A stretch of 64,000 nucleotides of DNA, taken from Hamiltosporidium tvaerminnensis FI-OER-3-3. Taxonomy: Eukaryota > Fungi > Microsporidia. The number at the start of each line of letters is the position of its first letter. The first letter of the stretch is position 1. The translations under genes were made by a program, and so were the position numbers. Below are positions 1 through 12,614 of this stretch, in pieces. Location: assembly GCA_022605425.2 (NCBI GenBank), contig CM061247.1, forward strand, positions 930,001 to 994,000, read 5' to 3'. A model generated the notes under the pieces. It made no database searches, was not told the origin of the DNA, and saw nothing but the letters and a program-made list of their open reading frames with translations.

Positions 1-448
1 TTTGTTGAATTTTTATACAACTTAACACAAAATCCGATAGAATTTGTTTGTAGTTTTTATAATCAGAACTTATAAAATTAATTTCGTTTATATATTGTGA
101 TAGTATATTATTTTTGTGAACGGAAATTTCCTCTACTTCATTGGCTGTTATTTTATTATCTTCTTCAACTGAATCTTCCGCTTTATCTCTCATTTTTTTA
201 CATTCTTCTTCATCTTCTTGCCTTATAAATATTTTATATTCGTTGATACTTAAATATTGTTCCAAACTTGTTGTAACCAATATATTAATATTTTGTGATG
301 AGTTTTTATATTTATGAAAACTTAATTCCTCCCCAGACTGCAGATAAATTTCATTTAATGAATAAAATGTTGATGAAACTTCTTTGAAAACCGGAACTAA
401 AAATTCATGTTTTAAGTTTTCAAATTCGTAAAAAATATTTATTTTCAT
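1..448 (-). CDS. Hypothetical protein, 5' part only (runs off the window; absent from the ORF track)
   Basis: Hand translation from the ATG at 448 is open for 149 codons to base 1 (MKINIFYEFENLKHEFLVPVFKEVSSTFYSLNEIYLQSGEELS...EDEEECKKMRDKAEDSVEEDNK...). CCC-A-ATG start context (ggg at 450-452 on +). Confidence 0.8.
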   Translation of the reverse strand, partial: MKINIFYEFENLKHEFLVPVFKEVSSTFYSLNEIYLQSGEELSFHKYKNSSQNINILVTTSLEQYLSINEYKIFIRQEDEEECKKMRDKAEDSVEEDNKITANEVEEISVHKNNILSQYINEINFISSDYKNYKQILSDFVLSCIKIQQ

Positions 449-513
449 TGGGTATTTAAAACAAATATAATTTAAAGAAGAATAAATAAAGATTGTTTTC
501 TATAAGATATTAT

Positions 514-1210
514 GATAGAAGGAAGATATTCACACTAAAAACCATCTGATTGATAATTAAAGTAAAGTTGTTGTAAAGTTATTTCTTGAATTTTTAATGG
601 GATAAATACTTCACCAATTTCGATTTATTCACTGTAATTTGTATGCTAAGCGTAAGGCCATCATGATTATGTAAAATAGTAAGCACTATATAGTTTGTAG
701 TTTTTTATGTTACTATTTTAATTACAATTGAAATTATATGTAGTTTCTATGTAGAAGGATTGAAACATAGCCTTGCTCGCTTGGGCTAGAAGCATAGCAT
801 CTGGAGTATACACAAAAATCAAAACCAAAAAAGAACCAAAGATATTAAGTAACGTTTTATATCTTTTGATATGAAAATGCAATCCTAGATGAATCTGGTG
901 CGAGTCTTCGTGATATATTTTAGCAGAATATTTATTTTTTATGGGAATGCTAAGTAAATGAGTGTGTTTCTAGTCTTGTGAGAGGTAAAAATGAAGTTAA
1001 ACTTGCATTCGCTAGGAAATTAAAAAACACCCGAAATTTTTTTCCATCCTCTATTAGATGGTTTTATATACATTTTAGATGAAAGCCTTTTAGACTTATG
1101 TAACTTTGGAATAGAAATGAAGTTTTGGTGAGCAGTTACTTTTTTAAAAACCAAACTGCTTAAATTTCATAAAAAAATTTAAAATATGTCTGTTTTGGAA
1201 AAAGTTGTAA
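514..1210 (+). repeat. Non-coding ~0.7-kb dispersed repeat, copy R1
   Basis: Collinear with 12615-13350, e.g. aaacatagccttgctcgcttgggctaga vs aaacctagccttgcacactcgggttaga; tatattttagc vs tatatcttagc; gatgaaagccttt vs aatgaaaggcttt; gcagttacttttt vs gcagttatttttt. Confidence 0.7.
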
Positions 1211-1249
1211 CACAAATTAGATGAAAAAAGTTTTGTTTAATAAGCTTTG

Positions 1250-2560
1250 CGTTAATATCATATTACTCTCTTTAAGATAATTTTTTGCTATTTAAACTGT
1301 CCAAAGCCTTCTCTACATCAAAATGGTGTCTTAAGTTTATTTGAAGTTCTTTCAACTTGGTTAAATATCTACAATTAGGCTATGATATTTTCCGTATTTG
1401 GATTTTTAACATAATATTTCTTGTGTTATTTGGTTTGTAGCAACATTGGCTTCTCATACATTCCATTCTCTTCCAAAAAACTTACTGACTTTCATTCTAA
1501 AACCTTCAAAGATCGTTTTGAGTTAATCCTCTCATCTATTGAATGAAAATTATTTCGAATATATATAGCACATCAAAAAAAATATTTTCTTCTGTATTCA
1601 TTAATATTTATATCTTTTAAGATATGATTATAATTTACGTCCCAGCAAAATTCTAAATTATTTAATAAAGGATTATGCAACCTCGAACTAATAACTAAAA
1701 CTCTATTGTTCCCACAATATCATCTTTTTCTGGTAACTCAGTTTAACTATTCAGGTGAATCTGGCCCCAATCTTGATTTAAGAAGACCTGTTTTCCCTCT
1801 TCCATTATTTTAGATAAATATCCCGAGTCCAGATTAAAAATTGCGAGATAGCTCCATTTCATTGTTTCTACCCATAATTTCTAATGCTGTATTAAAAAAC
1901 TTTGTGAACAGAGTAGAAAAAAATTTACATAAAATACTCAAATTTATATCGATTGAGTATGTTAAATTTAGACATTTGTCAAAAATATTCGTTCTTAGGT
2001 CTATTAATTTCTTAGATTTTATAACATCACGTTCACATCTTCTCTAATGTCTTAGAAAATTAACCAAAGGGTTTTCTTTCTCTCAGCCTTTCCTAAAATT
2101 TATATTTAAGATCTAGATGAACACGAGTATATCACATACTTCAAATTTCTTTTTGTAGTTATTTTAATAATTCTTCAATCTATAAACATGTTTCATCATT
2201 TTATACCTAGAATATAGTTTAATTTTCTCTTTTTTCGTATGTTTTTTACAGCCGAGGCTCTTTAAATTTGAATTCGAGCCTTTCAGTCGGCCTAAATTTT
2301 GATTTAACTTGTTTTTTAATACCATGGTTGAATATCAGTAAAATTTTAATCCTTAAAGATTGTTCTTTTTTATTTATATTTTTATGATATTTATGAAATT
2401 CACGAAACGAACAAAATAGGTGTTTTCCGAGATTCAAAACCATGTAAATATCTTCAAAGTTGTCTTTTAAAAAGGCTACTCATTTGTTTTCGGTTTAGTT
2501 CTTAGCATATTTATCCTGGCATTGCACCACTCAATATTCAAACTTTCATCCGTGACGCTT
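1250..2560 (-). mobile_element. Possible highly degenerate Ty3/Gypsy gag-protease relic
   Basis: Minus strand reads NLDSGY (~1835-1818), then ILLGRK about 60 codons later (~1652-1635), and FGREW (~1478-1464). This fits the spacing of a retroviral-type aspartic protease. Many stops. Confidence 0.3.
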
Positions 2561-2699
2561 TTTATTCAAAATAAAAAATTTTGTGTTTGATTTAAAATAT
2601 GAATGTTGATTTATTGAAGAAAATATTTTTTTGAATTAATTTATTAAAGCAAAGCTTTTTGGCTTTTAGTTCATTTCGTTGTTCTTCTTACAATAACTT

Positions 2700-2920
2700 T
2701 CTTGTCTGCACTCCTATACTATATTCTATTGTCGAAGATCCCAATATATTTAGTAATTTGAGTTATTTTTACAAGACATATGATTTGTAGCCAGCTTTTC
2801 TCTTTTTGGTTCCCAGTAATTCTACCATAAACCCAATTCGCCTCGCTTGTAATTATATCTACGATATAATCTCGAAGTAAAAAAAAGTTAGAATCATCTA
2901 TAAACATTTCACAAGAGCTG
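2700..2920 (-). mobile_element. Possible Merlin/ISXO2-like DDE transposase relic
   Basis: ORF 2719-2907 FIDDSNFFLLRDYIVDIITSEANWVYGRI resembles the ISXO2 pattern xIDESxF..R.Y..G.....WVFGGI. Confidence 0.3.
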
Positions 2921-3639
2921 TGATATAAAAGGGATAATCATACATTTTTTTTTGTATTTCAAAAAAATTAGCTAGAAATTCCATAAAAAACATGAAAACC
3001 AGTTTTAAAAATTTCCCTTCGTAAGATCATCTTTATCCTTTCTTCTTAATATTTCTCTCAGAAACTGTCTGACAAATAAATTTTTGATTTAAATATAATT
3101 ATCTTAATAGACTTAAGTTTTAATAATGTAAGTTTAAAATCTATTAGAATATTATAATGCGCTTGATGATCGCAATCATAGGCTGCTTCTATATAAATCC
3201 ACGCCGCCTTAATTTTGTTTTTATAATCTTTATCCATGCTATCCTCACTATACCTGCTTTTTGCCCTTTTCTAGCCCATTTTATTTGCTTTATTAAAAAA
3301 ATACTGCTGGTTAAACCATTTTTACTTCAAACCAAGTGAATTTTGAGGCTCGTTATGTGTTTAAATTATACATATCCGATAATCCGTAATTCGCCAATTA
3401 TCGTAGTTTTCGTAGCTATTTTATAGAATTATGTGTATAATCAGCACAGGTTTAATATTTTGAAGCATTTCTTCAAAATATATTTTTTACAATTGAATGA
3501 GTTTTTTTAAGTTTCGAAGTTTTTATTAATCAATAAATTATAAGTAAAATTAACTCTTGTAACATTATAATAAGGAGGAAACTTGCTTGAGCAATAAATC
3601 ATTAGCTTAAGTAAACATGATTGACTGAGCATTTTCTGA

Positions 3640-4150
3640 AAATTTCATATGAAACTAACAATAATACGTGATTATGCCAAAATTATTGTGTATCTTTTGT
3701 GATACTAAACCAACGACCTAATTTGGAATTCAATTCTGTTCCAATGTCGTTCTTTATATAAATCAGAATAAAATCTAATTTTGAACAATTCGAACATAAA
3801 ATGGTTTTTAAAAATTGCTTTCCGTTTCATATAGCGTATTTTATCGGTCACACACACCAAAATACTCATTCATCATAACCAAAAACACAGAAAGATCCTT
3901 TATGCTGCTTAACTTTAAATTGACCCTCACTTTATATATTTAAACTTTTTTTTAGAATCCTTGAACCTTTCTTTCTCAAGTCTTTCTAAATACTAAATCT
4001 TACAGTACTGTCTAATATGTTTTATTTTCTTTGTATTTCCAAGAAACAGTGTCAAGTTTTTTCTTATTTTAAGATACTTGTGTAACCTGGATTATATGCA
4101 TCACATCAGTTTTTGTATTCTTCTGATCACATTCCGGGTTTTTAAATATA
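3640..4150 (-). mobile_element. Degenerate rve-type integrase relic
   Basis: Minus strand gives SILVCVTDKIRY (~3866-3832; cf. YILVxVDxFSRY), then IKNDIGTELNSK (~3757-3722; cf. IxSDNGxEF), in the right order and spacing. Confidence 0.35.
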
Positions 4151-6589
4151 TTCGATCAATAGCATAATTTTTTTGGAATTACATTCGTTTTTAAGGTCTT
4201 AACTCGAACGACGCCTTCTTGTTTCATTTGAAAGTTCCTAAAGTGTACGATTGCAGTTTTTTTGCATGTTAATATGCCGTAAATATTTGATTAGAAAACA
4301 TGACACTGTGTTTAAAGCCATAACTATACCTTTTCTGCTTCGTTTCTCGTCTTATTTCAAGTTTTGGTTTTTTAATATTCAATTTTTTTAGACTTCGAAA
4401 GCGAAATTACAACCAAAATAGTATTAAGATCTTTATAATTTTATGTTCTATTTTTATGAATTTTCTCATATCTTTTTTGTACTGCAAAAGCACATATTAT
4501 TGTAATTGTTAATTTACATCTGTGCCGGATTCTAAAATCTGTTGCAGTATTATCGGTTGGTTTGCTTTAAGCTTTCAGTAATGTTGATATTTTTCGTGCA
4601 ATTAGCTAATTTAAAAGGATATATTCTTAAAAGAGAACAATTGCATAGTTTAAAGCAAGCCGATAAGCCTAATCTGAAAGATGTTGCTATTTGATATCCG
4701 AGAAGATAAGAATGCTCGATCGCAACAAAAATTATGCAATTATCAGTACCACGCTAAAGTTTAATTTCATTTCATCTAAAATTCATTTTATCTCTTTCGC
4801 AACATTTTTATGAATATTCGCTGTCAACTTTTTGCTTTCCCAATATTGAAAAATAATTCATTAAATTCAATGAGAAAATTTGTGCTAATATTTTAATAAA
4901 GTTGTGTAATGAAAATTTAATAGTATTTCAACTTAATACACAAAGAGTATTTATAAAATTCTCTAATAAAATATTCAAAAGATAGTGTATCTAAAAATTA
5001 TGTATATTTTTTGATTTTAAATTAAAAATTGACAGTTAAAATTTTTTTGATTTGTGGATTTCATGTTAAAAAATTTTACTTGGATTTGTATGAAGTGTAA
5101 ACTCATCCTCATGTTCAAAAACATATTTTTTATGTATTTTTTACTATATTACGAATTCAAGACTCGAGCATCTGTTGCTCACTGTGGATTATCATTATAT
5201 GATAAATATAACCAGAATAAATGCGCCTTTGAAAAATATTTGTGTTATCAGTTGATAAATTTTCCTAAAAACTGCTTAACCAATCATACAAAAAAGGAAT
5301 ATCAATTGAAAAAATATTCTTTTAAGTCGGAAAACATCTTTTGATGCATATAATAATCATGATGAACTTTTCAATGATATTTTTAATTCTAATTTTCGTA
5401 TATTTTAGATTTAAAAATTAAATAAAATTTTGATTTGAAAAATCTTTCATTTATAATTTCTAAAGCAACCAATGCAACTAATTAATATATTAAAAATTAT
5501 TTAGAAAAAAATCCAATTTTATCTAAATACTGTGGTTCAAGCCTTTTTTTTGAAGCTTTCTTATGAACGTTGCATCAAAAAGAAGAACAAAAATATTAAA
5601 TATAATTTATATATAGGTTTTTTGAAATATATTAAAAAGATTATAAATATTTATCGTCTCAAAAAGAAATCGCGGGGAATTTTTAGAAAGAAAACCAAAA
5701 AATCCTTTCGTAACTCGTTCTTTGTCGCTTTCAATGATTATTTAACCGAATATGATCAAGCTACATTGTACAGCGCGGTTAGTCTGCCGCTACAAAATGT
5801 CTATAATTTCGAATGCTTAAAAATACATATATTTTTACCAAAAAAAATCGGTTTGCTCAATGTTTTTGAAACAGGATTTCATCAAAAACCACTTAAATCG
5901 TATTATTCAAAATTTTCACTCTATTATTGATAAAATCAAGTAAGGAATCAAAACATCCTTGAAAAATCCGCAAAAGCAGTTAAAGAGTGTATTTGTTTGA
6001 TCGAAAGAGATCCTTTAACATTTCCAGCAATTAATACCCAAGAAAAATATTTATTGTTTTTTGTAGTATCATTATAGATATAACGTAGTTTTTGAACAGG
6101 TAAAGTACGAATTTTTTCGTTTTGCATTCTGTTTTTTTAATATGAAATTTTCATTTTTCACTGAAATTTCAACAACGAAAAACGAAAGAGAGGTTTATAA
6201 ACAAATTAAATTTTATATTTCTATTAGACTCTATGAACTGAATCATTTTCTTTTACATTAAAGATAAACACAAATGGCGAGATGATTAAACTGAAAGTCA
6301 AACTTAACTCAGCAGATTTAAAAAGTTATAATGATTATAGGTTTAAAGAACCAATCAATATTCGTATTAAATTAGAGAAAATAGCATTTGAGTATGAAAT
6401 AATACCGAACCAAGACACTTTTTATTAAATATATATATAAAAAATTTTAAAATTTATGTCTTCATAATTTAGATATATCCCAATATTTAATGAGATATAT
6501 AGGCTTAGAATAACTATATTTCAGGCAAAATAAGATAGGTTTTTAAGTATAATAATTTTTTGTCATAAAAATTAAAGACCGCTTAAAAC

Positions 6590-7320
6590 GGAAGCCGATT
6601 TATGCCAACGATGCAAGAGAATCTGTTTATCGTGGTTGCTTGCTTTCACCTAGTAGCGAATATGACAAATCTCAAAATTAAAATTTTTTACACAAATAAA
6701 ATGGTTTTATAAGCGATTTAAAAACTATTTTTATGGTAAAGATAGGTAAAAGTCATTGTTTGAGTATATGATGAGTTATAAACCACCCTTTATCTACGAG
6801 ACGATTTTTTATAGTCTTAAATTACAACGAATCAAAATAAACAGATGTAATAATTTAGAACAATCTCTAAAAAGAAATTACTGGTGTGACAATAAGACTA
6901 TAACTCATAAAAATTGGTGTATTGGGTTTTAAAAGAAAATAGAAGAACTTGGAAATTTTTCAATAATTTGACTCTTGAAATATCGGTCCTTGGCAAAAGA
7001 AGAATAGAATCAGAAAAGGTATAGACGTTAGAAGCAAAAGAATTGTTTATGGTTATTTTCTTATTGTCAACATCGAGAAATTAAAAGGACTTGAATTGAT
7101 AGCGGTTTATTTTTAGTAAAGAACTTATGTAATCAATTCAAAACAAACACACCTGTTTTTTTTTACTTTAAGAGCTTTAGAACATTTAATAATACAATTT
7201 AAACGCCATTATGCCAGTATTAGCCATATATTATACAGTTTGAGCCAAGAAAAGCATTTTTAATGTTACCCTTTTCATATAAATTTCTGATATACTTTAT
7301 AGATCATAACCTAATTCCTT
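6590..7320 (+). mobile_element. Possible Merlin/ISXO2-like transposase relic
   Basis: Ordered fragments CQRC (~6602), KEITGVT (~6871), SVLGKRRI (~6983) and DHN (~7302) echo ISXO2 motifs. Heavily decayed. Confidence 0.3.
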
Positions 7321-7687
7321 ATCTAACATTTTATTATATATGATTTCACATATAATAAACTTTTTAATGGATAAACAAGCTTTTATTTACAGCCACAAAG
7401 ACTGCCTCTCATAGTTCAAAAAATAATTTTAAAATAGTTTATTAAAACCCATCGAGTAGGGTTCATTCCTGCGCTATATTCTTCGATCTTTTCATGAACT
7501 GTTTCATTTCTATAAAGATAAGAGAAATTTGTCTCATTGCCTGCTTTTTGCTATTTATAGCAATCAGAAACCTTTACTTTCTTTATTGCCCACTTTTTTT
7601 TGAAATTTTTTGCTTCTAAGAATTAATTTAGTCTAAAAATACAAAGTCACAGAACCCAGAATTAGCTATCGCAGTTCATACCTTGGA

Positions 7688-8398
7688 CAAGAGACCACCA
7701 AGCTACGGCCCGCGTACACTTTTTATCTGTTGTCCCGCAGCCACATATTTTTTATTAAGTAGATTTTTTAAATATGGAAACAAAATTAACAAATATAGAT
7801 AACTTATACAAAAAGAATTGCAATTATAGATAATTTGGGCATGGATTTGTTACGCAAAGAAGATTCATATAGTTTTCAGTATTTTTTTTACCAAAAAATC
7901 GAAATTAATTAACAAAAAATATATGTAAAAATTTTTTATTAATTAGATTGATGTAGTTGAGATTTTTCGGGGATAAATTTGTTGAAATTGTAGGTTAAAT
8001 TTACGAGTAAAAATCACCAGTAACGGCTTTATTTACTTCTATGTTAATTTAGATCTCTAAATGTTTTTTGTATATTTCATTTTGGATAATAATTCCCGCA
8101 CAAATAGGCAAAACCTAAAACGGAAATAAAACCTTGAGAAAATTTATGAACGTGATTGGAAGACACTTATAAAAGTTTAGTAATTTATCTGTCTATTTCT
8201 ATATAGAAATATCGTTAATATAGATGTTTGGTTCCATTAACATCTATCTGAAACTTTAAAAATCGTTTTAAAAATATGGATAATAAACTTTGTAGAAATA
8301 TTTTGAGTATCGTGGCATAAAAAACAATGAGTTATTGGTCCGCGAGACTTTTTTTAGAGACAATGTGACCCGCGAGCAAAAAAGGTTGGATACAATTG
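7688..8398 (+). mobile_element. Non-autonomous hAT element of Charlie/Buster type (~710 bp)
   Basis: Left end caagagaccaccaagctacggcccgcg...gtcccgcagcc. Right end tggtccgcgaga...gtgacccgcgagcaaaaaaggttggatacaattg. Degenerate TIRs (CCAAGCT/AGGTTGG) and repeated GGCCCGCG-like subterminal motifs stand out from the AT-rich background. The 8-bp TSD is not cleanly recoverable. Confidence 0.7.
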
Positions 8399-8734
8399 CT
8401 TTATAATAAGAATAAATCATAATTTGACGCTAAATTGATAAATCCATACCTTAATAAACGAGTAATTCCATGAATGTTTAATCAATTATTAAAAATATTG
8501 GTTGGTTATTAATAAAAATTTTTTTATTCTAAATTTAAAAGTTTTTATAGCTTTGAATAATTTTTTAATGAAAAATAAACATCGATTTTTTATAGTTTTT
8601 CCGAAATTTACATAATTAAAAGAATTATCGAATTATCTTTCTAAGCTAAGATCAAAATTTTCTTAAAAGATTTTGAAAACTTTTTAACTGCAATATATAT
8701 TTATTTATATTTATATACCAACGAAAATCGATAT

Positions 8735-9460
8735 TCAAAAACTGTTTTCGTACAGGCCAATGATTTCTTCAACGATGAATCTTATTTCCATATCTGCTAA
8801 TATAATATCACATTCACTTTTAAAAGATCTATCTTTTATATCATCGTTGAGAAATTTTTCTAATTCATCAATCTTTAAAGTTATATAAATACAAGCCAAT
8901 ACAATATTTTTAACGGAAAAAAATAAAGAAAATGGTAAATAAAAAGAATCATTGAGTAAAATCCAGGCACACTGTTGTCTCTTCATATCAAATTTGAATT
9001 TATTACATTTTTTCTTTAAATATTGATAAAAATTATTATACGTAAAATCAAAATCGATTTGAATACACATTTCTAATTCTGTATCTTGTGCATCTTCCAG
9101 AACATTAACACTATTCTCGTCATTATGCACATCGGATTCGTCAATATCGTAATTATTATCGTTATTTTTATTTTCACGTGTTGAATAATAATTTTTAGTT
9201 ATTTCTATAATTTCTTTTAAATTTTTAAATGTTCCAGTTATTTTACTGCTCAGGAGAAAACAACTTGAAATAAATGAAATATTCTTTTTTGTTATATTTT
9301 TATTTAAAAATTTGTAATATAGAAATTGAGAATAAGATATTGTTTCTTGTGGCATATTAAGTCCAATACCTATTTTTATAATATCGTATAATTCGTTTTT
9401 AGATGCTTTTGTTTTCAGAAAATTGTATTCTTCAAAAGTGTTAATATCAATGTTCAACAT
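8735..9460 (-). CDS. Transcription-associated cyclin (cyclin K/L/T-like, Ctk2/Bur2 class)
   Basis: 241-aa ORF with cyclin-box motifs QETISYSQFLYYKF, SCFLLSSKI, ELEMCIQIDFDF and AWILLNDSF...IVLACIYI. CCCCACCA-ATG context. Confidence 0.8.
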   Translation of the reverse strand: MLNIDINTFEEYNFLKTKASKNELYDIIKIGIGLNMPQETISYSQFLYYKFLNKNITKKNISFISSCFLLSSKITGTFKNLKEIIEITKNYYSTRENKNNDNNYDIDESDVHNDENSVNVLEDAQDTELEMCIQIDFDFTYNNFYQYLKKKCNKFKFDMKRQQCAWILLNDSFYLPFSLFFSVKNIVLACIYITLKIDELEKFLNDDIKDRSFKSECDIILADMEIRFIVEEIIGLYENSF

Positions 9461-9569
9461 TGGTGGGGACTATCTTTTAAAATTTATTTATTTTTATATT
9501 TATTTCTACATTACGACCCCAGTTTGCTATAAATATTTGTTCAATTAAAATATATTGAACTTTAAATCT

Positions 9570-10480
9570 TAAATAATAATCCGTTACATTTGTCTTATCT
9601 TGATCTAACGAGATAAGAAACGAGAATCTATTTTTTTTTAAAAGTTTTAAATAATGTTCAACCTAAAGTTACCTTTAACTGGCTTAAGAACAAAAAAAGT
9701 GTGTTCTGCATTTTCCAGGATAGAAACCATATGTAAATAGAAAAAGACGATTTTAAGTGATGCTAATCTACAAATCAAATAGTTTGTTTACAGCTCATAT
9801 AATATATATTAAGATATGATTATACCAGGCGCCACTTTGAATTTTTCTGATGAGTACTTTCTCTTTTATTTAATAAACGTACTAAAACCGGTGAATCGAT
9901 TAAAGCCTCATAATTACTAAAATAATCTTGAAAATAGCTATGCGTAAACAATATCTATACCAGAATAAAATTTGATGTAAAGATTCCAAAGTTTTATCAT
10001 ATATTCAAAATAGAAAAAAAAGTAATAAATTTAAACGAAAATTACTTAAAATTCACTAGGATTATAATAAATAAACTAAAAAGTGCGACTTATTGGTAAA
10101 TGATTTATAAAATTTTATTTACATGTAAAGTAGTGACTAATTGCATGTTTTATTACTTGGAACACAATTTTATAAATAATATCACAATCTATAATGCTAG
10201 AATGCTCTCAATATTTACAAGAAAGTAAAAACTTTTAGTATAAATACATAAAAGACAGTTAAAATTATTTTATCGAATCTTCAAGGTATGAATCAGAATT
10301 TAATTAAAAATAATTTTTTAAATACTTTCGAATAAAGAACAGAAAGATTGTATAACAGAAAAGAAGTCTTAATTTACTATTTTCATTCATTAAAGAATAG
10401 GGGGCAAGCAATTAATGATGAGATTTTTCAATTTATAAATGAACACAAATAGTACAAATATTTGTCTCTGATATAATAAG
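9570..10480 (+). mobile_element. RLE non-LTR retrotransposon, old 5'-truncated copy I
   Basis: Collinear with the 3' part of 26015-29732: gtgttctgcattttccaggatagaaac (VFCxxQDRN), tatgattataccaggcgccac (YDYTRRH), gacttattggtaaatgattta (DLLxNxL), aagacagtt (KTV). Confidence 0.75.
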
Positions 10481-11339
10481 AAACAAAAAATACAAATAAT
10501 TATATAATTGGCCTTTAGCATTTGATAAAATATATCTTTATATTTCTTTGTTGAATTAAATATATACTTCTCAAATCTTAAATTAATGCAAAGTGGATTT
10601 TTAAAAATGTATTGTAAGAGTTGTAGAGTCATTTATATTAATCAGGAAATATTACAGAAGTTTCTAAAAATATTATTACTCGCAAAAATAAAAATTATTT
10701 AACTTACCTAATTTTTGTAACAATTACCATATAATACAATATAAATAAAAATAATTAAACCAAAAAGAGAAAATTTCAGGGATATTTTAAAGATCTTATA
10801 GGACCTCATGTACTTTTATAAATTCGAATCATGTTTAGATCAGCTTTACGCCTATTCATAATTATTTAATAAATTTTAATAAAATCATCGAAAGTTCTAA
10901 TTAACTTTTTAAAAATTATTAAATCAAAAGAAATATTTATTGAAAATAATAGTAGAGAATTCTATCTTCATTTTTTAGAATAAATTACAGGATAACTCGA
11001 TTTTAACATGAAATTCTGGAAATATAGATTTTGTAACATATTTTTAGTTAATCTGCCATTATAAAGTATTTATATTTCAATATAAATTAAAAAATCAATT
11101 TCATTATTCTATAGTAAATCAAGATAAAAAAAATTAGTATAATTCTAAAATACTTAAGATAAAGGCAAATGCTGTTGCAAGCGGCTCTTTTCGTGTAAGA
11201 GAAATAAAAAAAACAATGTTTTTAAATCGCAATACCATTTTATACAAATTTTAATCGATTATTTGAAAAATATTTCTTGACTTTTGTTAAGCAAATATTC
11301 TATTTATATATATTAGACTTATAATTATTTTTTTATAAG

Positions 11340-11920
11340 TTAGTGCCTTAAAAAGGTTGGTAGAGCTCGCTTGATGAGCGACGAATCATCTTAAATTCGT
11401 TACTTTCGTTGCCTATAAAGTGATCGCAGATCTAACTCGCCATGAGCTCTCTCGCAATCATAGCATTCTTATCTACTCTTAACCTACGAAAAAGTATATA
11501 CTTTATGCCAGGAAATATCCCTAGAACTTATATGTGATTAGTCTATACTTTTCGATGCTATCAGTTATAAACCACTAATTATCATTTTCAGGTTTCTCAT
11601 GATATGCACTTAAAAGATATTCAAGGCGCAAAATCTTCTATTTCGAGTAAGTGAGCTCGTATTTAATCACGTTTACATGATAATTACCTAGAACACCAAT
11701 TGAAGTTTCATATCTAGTTACATAAAAAACCAAAAACTAAGTTTTTAGGAAAAGTTTCACCGTTTTGTAGATCCTGCCTTCTTATACAGATACCCATGAA
11801 CACCATAAAAACAGTGTGTTCTAATCTCAATAAACATTCAAACAATTTTTTTGGGCATTAATTTCTCATCGTAATTGCTAAGCGGATGTTTTTTAATTTG
11901 GTTTTTCTACCTCCAACAGC
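11340..11920 (-). repeat. Non-coding ~0.7-kb dispersed repeat, copy R2
   Basis: Same orientation as 54230-54980: atctagttacataaaaaacc vs atctagttaaataaaaaact; cttatacagatacccatgaa vs cttatacaaactccatgaa; aattgctaagcggatgttttt vs aattgccaagcaaatgttttt. Confidence 0.7.
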
Positions 11921-12614
11921 ATTATCTAAAATTTTATATTAGGTGATTTTTCTTATTAAAGATTTTATAAATCATTTTAAAACGAGTTTCCAAACATTTA
12001 AGTCTTCTAACAAAAGTTTTTTCTGATAATTTTGTTAAAGACTCGAATATTTGATTTTCACAAAAATCCGAATTTAATTTTACAGATAATCAGTTATAAA
12101 ATAATTATTGTCATACGTATATGTTTAAATTTATACGTAAGAATATTGAGTATTATAAATATTTTGAAAAGTATTTATATGTTTTAAAAATCTAAATCCA
12201 AAGTTTTGAAATTTATTGGCATCGTAATAATTCATAGTGATCAAAGACTTTCCTATCAAATCTGTCATCACAAGCCCTTTGTCTTAAGACAAAATTTGAC
12301 CTAATTCTTTAAAGTGACTTCATTTTATATATTATTCCTGTAGTAAATTGTTCTTTTAATGTTGCAGTATAATTACGGTAAATTTTATTTTGATGATTCA
12401 TTTTCTAAAAGATTTTTTCTAAAAAAAAGAAAACAACCTATTGTTTTAATTAATTTATATTAAACCTTTTAAGTATTTATTATTGACTTAAAAAGTCTCT
12501 GTTTAAGATTATGTACTTTCCTTTGTTGCAATCTAGGTTTAATTCCTTAAGATTTACTTGTTATGTAACAATTAAATACATATTAAAATTATTAATGTTA
12601 AAATAAATAACAAG

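Noticed and set aside
5054-5930. ORFs of 96 and 132 aa
   Set aside because: GTG starts, no CCC/GGG motif, K/F/I/N composition expected from AT-rich noise, and no recognisable motifs.
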